The notes under the pieces are model-generated. The model was not told where the DNA came from. It ran no database searches and saw only the letters and a list, made by a program, of their open reading frames with translations. 64,000 nt of DNA, taken from NCBI GenBank assembly GCA_945889325.1, contig CAMDBH010000008.1, forward strand, positions 10,118 through 74,117, in the 5' to 3' direction. Positions within the stretch are counted from its first letter, which is position 1, and every line of letters begins with the position of its first letter. This DNA comes from Klebsiella pneumoniae. Its GTDB lineage: Bacteria; Myxococcota_A; UBA9042. The translations under genes and the position numbers were made by a program. Shown piece after piece: positions 36,819 to 46,300 of this stretch.

Positions 36819-38948
36819 TTACTTTTGAGTCACGGTGACGCGACGGTGCACGGGGATGTCTCCAAATTTCTGTACCGTCCCGTCGGGCCAACTGATCGAC
36901 AATTCTTCCACTTTTTGCGCGTTCCCCAAGCCAAAGAGCGCGGCAGCTTCGTTGGTGCCCCAAAGGCCGGTCGAGCCCGCGTCAATCTGTCTAATTTGAT
37001 TCACTTTACCGGCTTTGATTGCCACGGTTGCTCCGATGCCGCGGCTGTTACCGCCCTTGCCAATCAGGCGGACGTGTAACCAGCCGCTACTATCGCAGCC
37101 GTTGCGGTAAACCCTAGGTGCCCCATAGACTTGGCCCACCACGAAATCTGCAAAACCGTCGTTGTCCAAGTCACCCCAACTCGGTGATCGACTTGGTCCT
37201 TCCCAGTTCACCCCGGCGGATGCACCTTTGTCGCTAAATGTCCCGTCGCCATTGGCATGAAATAAATTGTCATTTTGTAACTTGGGTCCGCTCACCGTGA
37301 TGCCGCCACCACCGAACTTTTCGTCGCCAAATCCGGGTTTCAGATAACCATTGGCGATGAACAAGTCCAACCACCCGTCGTTGTCAAAGTCCACGAAGAG
37401 CGTGCCCCATGACACATAATTTTCACCGGGATACCAAACTTTTGCGTCGCCGGTCTTGTCTTCAAACGTCAACGCGCCGGTATTGGCCATTAGAAAATTA
37501 CCGTTGGTCCGCCCCGTGATGTACACGTCGAAATCGCCGTCGCGATCGTAATCACCAACGGCGAACCCCATGCCATTGGCCGCGATGTCCAAGCCTGAAT
37601 CGAATGCGACGTCGACGAATTTGAATGGCGCACCCGGACCCGCGGTGTCGTTGCGCAACATTTGGTTACCACCATACATCTGTCCAAAATCATTAACTAA
37701 ATATAGATCCAAGTCGCCATCGCCGTCGGCGTCAAACCACGACCCGAGATAACACGGATGCAATTTCTTGAGCGGCAACGTTTCAGATTCATCGATAAAG
37801 TTCCAATTGCCCTTGTTTCGATACAACTTGTGTTTGTAGAGCGGCGGCGGAAAAACCTCGGCTCCCGCCGGTTTTTCGATTTTATTAGCAACAACAACGA
37901 GATCGAGCAAACCGTCGCGATCGACGTCACCAGCCGCCGCGGCCTGAAACGGCAAGCCGGTCAGCTTGTCCATGCCCAGCGCCGCCGTCATATCCGTGAA
38001 TTTTATGCCATTAACGGTTGAAGGGCCGTCGTTGCGCAACACGCGAAGCGAGTTTCCGCTGACCACGAGATCGGGATCGCCGTCCCCATCAAAATCGGCA
38101 GCCAAAGCGGCGGTTTCCTCGATCGTCGTCGACTCAACGTCGTAACCGACGTATTTCCAGGGAGCACTCGCGAGGTAAATCCGATCTTTACCTGTCGCTT
38201 CCGGGATGTACATGTCTAACAAACCGTCGCCGTTGAAGTCGGCCAAGGCGATGCCCGTGCCGACCCGCACCTCAGCATCCGGATACGCGGAGTTTTTTGG
38301 CCACAAGGTCGGCGTCACGAAGTCAATCCCAGACGCAGCGGCAACTTCTGTGAACACACCCGCAGGTTTGCCTGTTGCGTTGGCCGGACAATAAATCGGT
38401 GCCGACGCGCTTAATCCGGCAGGTGGGAGCCAAGGATCGACAACCGCCGAGATTTCTCCAGCTGCGTCGGCGACGACTTCATCGCTAATTCCGTCAGCAG
38501 GTTGCGCTACGTCGCCGCTGTCGACCTCAGATTTTGTAATCGAATCCGCGTCAGATGGGCCGACCTCGATGTCATCCGGCGTGGCGTCGGTGTCGGCGCC
38601 GCCCGTTGCATAGCCGACGTCTACTTGATCGCTCTTAATCTCGCTTTCCGTCGTCTCTGGAGTAGCCGTACCGTCAAGACCGGCGACGTGATCAATCGGT
38701 GCGTCATCGTTGGCGGAAGCGTCATAGAATTTGTCGCTTTGCTCATCGACGTCGTAAGAATCCGTGCCGTTTTTTGCGTCGGCGCCGAAATCGAACGGTG
38801 CATCGGCGAAATCATTGACGGCGCTGTCCAGCGCGACGACCGCATCTTCGACGCTAGCCGGCCCAGAACCACAACAAACCGTTGTCGGGCTGAAGGTTAG
38901 CACCAACAGCACCAAATATTTACGGAATTTTGTAGACGGCGAGGTCAT
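36819..38948 (-). CDS. CRTAC1-family FG-GAP/VCBS repeat protein with UnbV/ASPIC C-terminal domain
   Basis: There are at least 7 Ca-binding FG-GAP loops (DFNGDGLLDMY, DFDGDGDPDLVV, DVDRDGLLDLVV, DADGDGDLDLYLVND, DYDRDGDFDVYI, DFDNDGWLDLFI, DLDNDGFADFVV). The C-terminus reads GATVAIKAGKVNQIRQIDAGSTGLWGTNE...LSISWPDGTVQ. An acidic low-complexity N-terminal region follows the signal. Confidence 0.8.
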   Translation of the reverse strand: MTSPSTKFRKYLVLLVLTFSPTTVCCGSGPASVEDAVVALDSAVNDFADAPFDFGADAKNGTDSYDVDEQSDKFYDASANDDAPIDHVAGLDGTATPETTESEIKSDQVDVGYATGGADTDATPDDIEVGPSDADSITKSEVDSGDVAQPADGISDEVVADAAGEISAVVDPWLPPAGLSASAPIYCPANATGKPAGVFTEVAAASGIDFVTPTLWPKNSAYPDAEVRVGTGIALADFNGDGLLDMYIPEATGKDRIYLASAPWKYVGYDVESTTIEETAALAADFDGDGDPDLVVSGNSLRVLRNDGPSTVNGIKFTDMTAALGMDKLTGLPFQAAAAGDVDRDGLLDLVVVANKIEKPAGAEVFPPPLYKHKLYRNKGNWNFIDESETLPLKKLHPCYLGSWFDADGDGDLDLYLVNDFGQMYGGNQMLRNDTAGPGAPFKFVDVAFDSGLDIAANGMGFAVGDYDRDGDFDVYITGRTNGNFLMANTGALTFEDKTGDAKVWYPGENYVSWGTLFVDFDNDGWLDLFIANGYLKPGFGDEKFGGGGITVSGPKLQNDNLFHANGDGTFSDKGASAGVNWEGPSRSPSWGDLDNDGFADFVVGQVYGAPRVYRNGCDSSGWLHVRLIGKGGNSRGIGATVAIKAGKVNQIRQIDAGSTGLWGTNEAAALFGLGNAQKVEELSISWPDGTVQKFGDIPVHRRVTVTQK

Positions 38949-39150
38949 CTTTGGCCAAATGCGCGCAGTTTGCAACGGCACGATTTGCAGCATAACAATT
39001 GCGCTGCCGCTTGTCAGCGTTGGCCAAATTGGCAGGGCCGGGCGCGATGTTGGAGATCAAAGATTGCGAATCCTCGTCGATGCGCTATCGCGCGTAGTGC
39101 GGGTCTGCCCCGCCGCGGAACGCAGGCCCTGTGGCGCGGGAAAAAATCGG

Positions 39151-40266
39151 TCATCGCGCGGCCGACAGTTTAAACCGCGACAGGTCGTGGCCGACGTCGC
39201 CTCCGGTTACGAGCATTGCGCAAATTTTTCCCATCAAAACGGTAAACTTGAATCCGTGTCCACTACACGCACTTACGACGCACACGTTTGAAATATTCGG
39301 GACAAAGTCAAGAATAAAGTCTTCATTTGAGGTACTTGTGTACAGACACGTTTGGGCGTATTCGACGGTCGCACCCACATAGCGAAGCCGCCGTTTGGCT
39401 TGGGCTACCGCGTCCGCGGTGATTGCGTCGCAGATCGCGCGAGACCCAGAATCTGGGTCGATATCGGGCCCGAGCGTATGGGATGCCAACTTGATGCCGG
39501 CAATTTGCCCATCAGCGGGAAATCCGTAGTAGAGCGTTTCGGCGTCAATCCAAACCGGGAATTTGCCAACAGCGAATAGTTCGTAATGGTCCTGAATTTG
39601 CAAGTAAATGACTTGGCGACGTCCGACGCGGAGGGGCAGTTTCAGGTGAGGCAACAATTTTGCGCTCCAAGCGCCGGCCGTGACAATAATGCCGTCAAAA
39701 ACCGCGAGTTCATGACTGGCCAAGCGCACCGCCGCCTGGCCGTCACGCTCGACGATCTCAGTAACTTCAGTATTTTCAAAGATTTGCGCCCCGTGCGCGC
39801 GCGCAGATCTGACGTTTGCGAGCACGCAACGCGACGACCGTAGGTACCCTGCGTCAGGCTGATACAGTGCAATTTCATGTGGTTGAAGTGCGATCGCCTC
39901 AAAGCGCTGACTTGATTGCTGCGGGCTTAATGTTTCGAACGGCGTAGCCGATTCTCGCAGGGCTTGTGTTGTCTGGACCACAAGCGGGTTTTCCGGCCTG
40001 CCGATCAACAGTCCTCCGCAGGGAACGAGCAACTCTTCGACTGATTCGACTTGCAGATCTCGCCACAGGTCGTACGCGCTGCGCATCATTTGCGTGTAGA
40101 GTAAATCGGGGTACGCGTAGCGAATAATCCGCGACTCGCCATGCGAACTGCCGTGGCGGTGGCCGATCGCAAATTGTTCGAATCCGACGACCGTGTGGCC
40201 CGCTTTCGCCAAGTGCCGACACGCGGCGCTGCCGACGCCTCCGATTCCGATGACCGCGACTCGCAT
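39151..40266 (-). CDS. FAD-dependent amine oxidase, monomeric sarcosine oxidase / N-methyltryptophan oxidase (MSOX/SolA)-like
   Basis: The dinucleotide fold is MRVAVIGIGGVGSAACRHLA. The C-terminal motif CSGHGFKF is the covalent-FAD Cys motif of the MSOX family. Confidence 0.75.
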   Translation of the reverse strand: MRVAVIGIGGVGSAACRHLAKAGHTVVGFEQFAIGHRHGSSHGESRIIRYAYPDLLYTQMMRSAYDLWRDLQVESVEELLVPCGGLLIGRPENPLVVQTTQALRESATPFETLSPQQSSQRFEAIALQPHEIALYQPDAGYLRSSRCVLANVRSARAHGAQIFENTEVTEIVERDGQAAVRLASHELAVFDGIIVTAGAWSAKLLPHLKLPLRVGRRQVIYLQIQDHYELFAVGKFPVWIDAETLYYGFPADGQIAGIKLASHTLGPDIDPDSGSRAICDAITADAVAQAKRRLRYVGATVEYAQTCLYTSTSNEDFILDFVPNISNVCVVSACSGHGFKFTVLMGKICAMLVTGGDVGHDLSRFKLSAAR

Positions 40267-40296
40267 ATTTCTCCAGAAATGGTTGTAATTACAGAA

Positions 40297-40320
40297 TACA
40301 GAAAAAGGTCACCTCTCACC
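40297..40320 (+). repeat. A5 motif copy: ATACAGAAAAAGGTCACCTCTCACC
   Basis: The copy lies in the divergent spacer between the oxidase and GNAT genes. Confidence 0.5.
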
Positions 40321-40579
40321 TGTTGAGCTAGCTTAGCGAAGCCGCTTCGAAAATTCGACCCCGCGCCGAGCGCCTGCCCACGCCGCCGCCGACGCGAAAA
40401 ACAGGGCGCCGCGACCATTTGGCCACGTCAATTTGCTGTAGTCCGGCTTCTCTCAGTCGTCGGCTTGCGGAGGCAAGCGGGCCTTGACCCGCCGCCCCTC
40501 GCGGGTTAGACGCAGGGCGGTCTTGCGGGTGGCGCTGCCAGTTTGGCGTCGACGCAGGCGACGATCAAGGGAGCGAAAC

Positions 40580-41173
40580 GTGGGGCAAACGCGCACGAAA
40601 TCAAATATCGAGATCCGATTGATGGAAATTGGTGACTTGGCACACGTTTATTCTCTCGGCAAATTGTTGTTCACCGCAGAGAAATGGCAAACACTTTATC
40701 GCACTTGGGATGAATACGAATTGGCGGCGTTGTTCGCCGCCGATGGCGATCTGTGCTACGTCGCGGAGTCCGGCACCCGCATCGTAGGCTTTGCGGTTGG
40801 AACAATTCTGGAAAAACGCGGGTCTGCTTGGACCTATGGCCATTTGCTTTGGCTCGGCGTCGAGTGCGGCAACGGGCGGAGGGGTGTGGCGCGCAAACTG
40901 CTTGAACGAGTCACTCAAGATTTTATCGAAGGCGGCGCGCGGATCTTGTTGGTCGATACTGCGTCGGATAACGAAGCCGCCTTGGCATTTTTTCAAAAGG
41001 CTGGATTCGGCCACCAAGAGGGCCACGTCTATCTGTCCAAAAATCTAACAGAAGATCCGGAATACAAGGCGCACCGGAAACGCGAACGCCTTCGCGATGC
41101 TGCCGCAAAGCGTCGTGCGTCGGTCAAACGGCGGCTTCAGCCGCGGAGTACAACCCCCGCTGAAATTTTGTAG
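40580..41173 (+). CDS. GNAT-family N-acetyltransferase
   Basis: The acetyl-CoA site reads GVECGNGRRGVARKLLE with ...NEAALAFFQKAGF. I prefer the GTG at 40580, which has AAGGGAG upstream. The listed TTG at 40484 would add an Arg-rich extension. Confidence 0.75.
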   Translation: MGQTRTKSNIEIRLMEIGDLAHVYSLGKLLFTAEKWQTLYRTWDEYELAALFAADGDLCYVAESGTRIVGFAVGTILEKRGSAWTYGHLLWLGVECGNGRRGVARKLLERVTQDFIEGGARILLVDTASDNEAALAFFQKAGFGHQEGHVYLSKNLTEDPEYKAHRKRERLRDAAAKRRASVKRRLQPRSTTPAEIL

Positions 41174-41190
41174 TAAATTTCCTTCACGCG

Positions 41191-41210
41191 GGCTTTGGCG
41201 AACCAAAGCC
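41191..41210 (+). terminator. Hairpin GGCTTTGG-CGAA-CCAAAGCC, 18 nt after the GNAT stop
   Basis: The stem is a perfect 8 bp with a weak T content downstream (GTTGCTCTC). Confidence 0.35.
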
Positions 41211-41284
41211 GTTGCTCTCGGACAGCCCGCCGCCGATGGTGCACAATGCCAAGGTCGTTTGGGTCGGGGTGAATGTTCTGCCCT

Positions 41285-42316
41285 TCAAAAAATATTTTTT
41301 CCCATAGTGCTAGCCACTTTGGCTCGCACTGCAAGCACGGCCGGTGCGGCCGAGCCACCGTTGCCGCGCACTCCTGCCCGACAAGGAAACGCGAGAAATG
41401 GAAAAACCACCGCTCTGGCTCGACGGCCATTGCGCCCGCGTTGTTCTTGAGCGCGCAACTCTTGGCGGGCCAGGTCGTATTCATCCTCAAATGCCTGAAA
41501 CCGTTTGATGTATTCGTCCCGATCGCGTGCCGTAGGGGCGTGCACGATAGGTTTTCGGCGCGGGAGGGGCGGTGGTGCCGAGCGCTGCGGTTGATCTGGT
41601 GGGTCAGTTTGACTAGATTTATCAATTGGTTGTGGGGTGTCCTCGCCTTCGATGGCTTTGGTTCGCCGTTCAGAGATGTCCTTTGCAATATCCTGATATA
41701 ATTTGTGAAAAACATCGTCGGCCAATCCTTCGTGGCACGGCAAACGCGACATCGTGACGCTGACGCGTTTGCCGTAGGCTTCATCGACCTTCGGCCCCGA
41801 TTTCCGGCGCGCGTCCAACGTTCTGGCCGTTTGATCGAATTTCGTGCCATCGATCGAATCTCCGCGCAACATCCAAGGCAAGCTGCTTGCACCGCGGAAC
41901 TCGCTGGGATGTGAAGCGAGTCCGGCCTTGACCGCTTGTCCCATGATATAATCGATCCGTTTCATCAGGGTTGTCTCATCGATGACGACCGGAATGACAT
42001 GCGCGCTGCTGTTCCAAACTGGGCCGCGTCGGTTGTGGCGCCGGTTGGCAATACGCGCCAACGCCGCGTGAAGATGATTGAGAAATTTTGCCATTGTTTC
42101 AGGATCGGGAGCCCAGTATAGCCCGTGGTAGTGGTTAGAAAGCATGTGATAGGCGTAGATCTTCACAGGGTGCCGCAACTGTGCCGCTGCGAAGGCGCCA
42201 TTTATTGCTGCAGTTTGTGCGGGGTCGTCATCGTGAAACCAGAAGGTCCCCTCTATGGTCCTGATTGTGACCTCGAAAAATAGGTCTTGGGCGTACATGC
42301 GGATTGGATGCGACAT
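41285..42316 (-). mobile_element. HUH/Y1 tyrosine transposase-like gene (IS200/RayT-like), solitary, with a long C-terminal extension
   Basis: The HUH motif is LSNHYHGLYW. The Tyr helix is RIDYIMGQAVKAGL, compared with YIxxNPVKAGL in RayT-like proteins. The protein is 343 aa against about 150-190 aa for typical members. I saw no terminal hairpins or a second IS gene. Confidence 0.6.
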
Positions 42317-42582
42317 TTTCCACTCTTCGCGCTCGTTGTTTGGCGCACGAGGGAGTTATCGGCAACTGGCGTATTTTTGCCTCGCCTAGAACCGAAAAAA
42401 GTTTTGACGGGGGGCGTCTCAAATTCATCTTCGATTCCACACAGACGAAGCGACCTTACGCAACGGTGGAGAATTTGACACGACAAGCAACCAATAATCA
42501 TGCTGTTGAACGCGGGTGCCCATTTTCGGATTTCTGTTACGCTACGTAGATCGGCGATTGGGAAGTGCCGAAAGGCGGCGCA

Positions 42583-43281
42583 ATGGAAGAACAACATGTG
42601 GAGACAATTTCAGTAATTCTAGCTGCTTATAATGAAGTCGACAACATTGAGGCCGTTGTCAACGAGATCCAAGACGTTCTAACTTCTCTGCGCGTGCCGA
42701 CCGAACTCTTGATCGTGGACGACGGCAGCCTCGATGGAACGGGCGAGGTCGCCGATGAACTCCAACGTCGTTATCAAAATGTTCGAGTGGTTCACCACGG
42801 CGGTAACCAAGGCTTGGGTGGCGTTTATCGAACCGGACTGAGGGAGGCAGTTGGTGAATTTGTTACGTTTTTTCCAGCTGACGGTCAGTTTCCTGCAAGT
42901 ATCATCGCGAATTTCTTTGCGCTCATCGTCGATCACGAACTTGTCCTTGGCTACATTCCACAACGTAAATCGTCGATTGTCGCTTTGGGCCTTTCTGCGG
43001 CGGAACGAGTGATTTACCGCGCGCTGTTCGGCCGCTTCCCTCGATTTCAGGGCATTTTCATGGTGAGACGCAGCATTCTTGCCGAAATTCCTCTGGTTTC
43101 CGATGGTCGCGGTTGGGCCGTGAGCATGGAACTGATCCTGCGCATCTCCAGAGGGCCATACCGCGTCATCTCGGCACCGAACGAACTGCGCCCGCGCCTT
43201 TCTGGGCAAAGCAAGGTCAACAATTTTCGCAATATTGTGGCGAATCTAAAACAAGTTTTGGTTCTACGCACCAAACTTTGA
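42583..43281 (+). CDS. GT2 glycosyltransferase, polyprenol-phosphate sugar synthase (DPM1/GtrB/CsbB)-like, soluble form
   Basis: Motifs include ISVILAAYNEVDNI, LLIVDDGSLDGT and HGGNQGLGGVYRTG. The protein is about 232 aa with no TM tail. Confidence 0.75.
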   Translation: MEEQHVETISVILAAYNEVDNIEAVVNEIQDVLTSLRVPTELLIVDDGSLDGTGEVADELQRRYQNVRVVHHGGNQGLGGVYRTGLREAVGEFVTFFPADGQFPASIIANFFALIVDHELVLGYIPQRKSSIVALGLSAAERVIYRALFGRFPRFQGIFMVRRSILAEIPLVSDGRGWAVSMELILRISRGPYRVISAPNELRPRLSGQSKVNNFRNIVANLKQVLVLRTKL

Positions 43282-43364
43282 GACCCAACGGCATCGATCT
43301 TACTTGCGAGATCCGCGACGAAACGCCATGATAGCGAAGCCCTTCATGGGCGTTGGGTTCAATC

Positions 43365-46300
43365 ATGCGCACGTCAAGCCAACGAAACGATCTGGTGGCC
43401 AATATCTTCGCCCTAGGCGCGGCCACATTGAGCGCGGCCCACTGTTCCGGCACGGCCGGCAATGGCGGATCGCCAGATGCGGAATCCGATGTAATTACAG
43501 TGGAGTTGTCGATTTCCGACTTAGGTAAAGCACCATCGGACGCGACGGTCGATACGGCGGTGCCGTCAGACACAGCATCAGAAAATGACAGCGCATCCGA
43601 CGTCATCAGCAGCGACAGCCAAGGGAAATGCCCCGGCGCATCTGGCTGTGTGTGCAAAGAAAACGGCGACTGCGACAACGCCAAATGCATCGAAACCGGC
43701 AGCAGCAAGGTGTGCGCAACGCCGTGTGTCGACAAGTGTGAAGACGGCTACAAATGCACGCTGATCAACGGCACAAACGGCGATTCGTCAACGATCTGCG
43801 TACCCAAATTCCTGCACTTGTGCGATCCGTGCGTGAAATCAAAAGATTGCCAGACGCTCGGCAATGGTGACGCGGCCTGCGTCAACGAGGGCGGTCAAGG
43901 CAACTTTTGCGGCACCGCTTGCGGTACGGACGCCGATTGCGCGGCCGGTTACAGTTGCCAAAACGTGATTTCTGTCGAAGGCGCCCCAATAAAGCAGTGC
44001 GCCAAGACGTCGACGGCTCCTGAATTGAAGTTCGGCGAATGCATTTGTAGCGACCTAGCCACAGGACAAAAGCTGCAAACAAGTTGTTTTGTCGAGCACA
44101 AAAATGACAAGGGCGAACTCACCGGCAAATGTGCGGGCGTTAGGGTCTGTGCCGCCACAGGACTTACGAGCTGCGCCGCACCGGCGCTGGACGTTGAGGT
44201 TTGCGACGGCAAGGACAATGACTGCGACGGCAGCACAGACGAAAATACCTGCGACGCTGGCGGTGCTTGCAATGTGGGCTCTTGCGATCCGCAGGCGGGA
44301 TGCCAGTACAACAAGCTCAACAATGTGCCATGCGACGCAGACAAGAATGCCTGTACTGATAATGATCAGTGCAAACAAGGTGTTTGTGTGCCTGGGGCCG
44401 GCAAAATCTGCGATGATGGCAACCCTTGCACGACGGACAGTTGCGATCCGGCGAGCGGCTGCACGAAAACCAGCGACGACGGCAAAGCGTGCGACGCGGA
44501 CGGCAATGCATGCACGGCCGCCGATCATTGTGTTGGTTCAACCTGCACCGTCGGCAAGATCGTTGTATGCGAGAACACCGATTCCTGCAAAAAGGCCACC
44601 TGTGATCTAACTACAGGTAAATGCATCGGTAAATCGCTCCAAGACGGCGTCCCCTGCGACGATGCCACGGTGTGCACGCAAGGCGATCACTGCCAGTCGG
44701 GTGAGTGCTTGGGCAAGATTGTCAGCTGCGATGACAACAATCCGTGTACCGGCAATATTTGCGATGCCATCAACGGCTGCAGCACGTCGAATTTGGAGGG
44801 CATCGCTTGCGATGACGATAACCCGTGTACGATCGGGGACTTGTGTAAAGGTGGCCTTTGTGCAAACGGCGCCCTGAAGGTGTGCAACTCCGGGATGGCC
44901 TGCACGCTGGGCACATGCGATTTGGCAAATGGCAAGTGCAATTACAAGAACAAGGCCCTCGGCGCGCCCTGCAATGACGGCGACGCGTGCTCGGAAAACG
45001 ATGGCTGTGCCGACGGCGCGTGTCAGGGAAAAGCGCTGAATTGTGATGACTCAAACGCTTGCACAAACGACAGTTGCGACATGCTTGTGGGTTGCGCGCA
45101 CAAACCCAACGTGTCGCCGTGTTCCGATGGCGACGCCTGCACGCAGAGCGACAACTGCGTGAACAGCGCGTGCATCTCCGGACCCAACAAAGTTTGCGAG
45201 GACGGCGTTCTCTGCACCGCTGACACCTGCAACAAGACCAGCGGCGCATGTGTTTTTGATGCGGTCGGCATCAACGGGACGCCGTGCGATGACGGCAACG
45301 TTTGCACGCTCGGGGACAACTGCAAAAACGGCCTTTGCTCGGTCGGCATCGTCAAAGATTGCAACGACAACAACGCTTGCACCGATGATTTGTGCGACAA
45401 AATCAAAGGTTGCAGCCCCAACTTCAACAGCAAAGCCTGCGACGACAGCAACGCCTGCACCAAGGACGACCTTTGTAAATTTGGCGACTGCGAGGGCAGC
45501 ATGGTCAATTGCAATGACGGCAACCCCTGCACAGACGATGCCTGCGAAGCGAAAAAGGGTTGCCTCACAGCAAGCAACACCGCATTATGCAATGACAATA
45601 GTGCCTGCACTTCTGGTGACGCGTGCAAAAACAGCGTCTGCGGCGGCGCGCCGGTGAACTGCGACGACGGAAATCCCTGCAGCGACGATAGTTGTGATAA
45701 AACAGCCGGTTGTGTAAATACGCCCAACGCTGCGCTCTGCCCAGACAACGATGCGTGCACGACCGCTGAAACATGTAAGAATCTCAATTGCATCAAAAAG
45801 GCCACCGTCTGTGACGACGCCAACGAGTGCACGATTGACACCTGTGACGGCGTAAAAGGTTGTCAAGTGGCCAATATGGTAGACAAAAGCTTATGCGCCG
45901 GTGGCGCAAAATGGTGCGTGGCAGGAAGTTGCGTCGCCAAGGCGTTCTGCGGCGACGGTATTGTCAATCAAGCGACCGAGGACTGCGACGATGGCAATTT
46001 GGTCGACAACGACGGTTGCAACAATGCGTGCAAGAGCACGATACCCGTAAGTTTTACCCTTAGCCCGTGCGGCGCAACTGGGCCCACCGGCCCGACCCAA
46101 GCCCAATGCGACGCCGCATACGCCGCCCAAAAGCTTGTTGTCAAAATCAACGGTGGATTTCAAGAGATTACTGTGCCAGCGACGGGCACTTATCATATTG
46201 AAGCTTATGGCGCCCAAGGTGGCGGCAACGGCGGCAACGGTGCCAAGGCCACGGGCGATGTCACGATCCAAGCTGGGACGGTTTTACGTTTCATGGTTGG

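Noticed and set aside
42367-42382. Additional sigma-54-like sites: TGGCGTATTTTTGCCT upstream of the GT2 gene, and TTGGCAC at 3721-3727 upstream of dnaK.
   Set aside because: The first has GG-N9-GC spacing, one nt short of the strict requirement. The second has a perfect -24 element but no GC at the -12 position.
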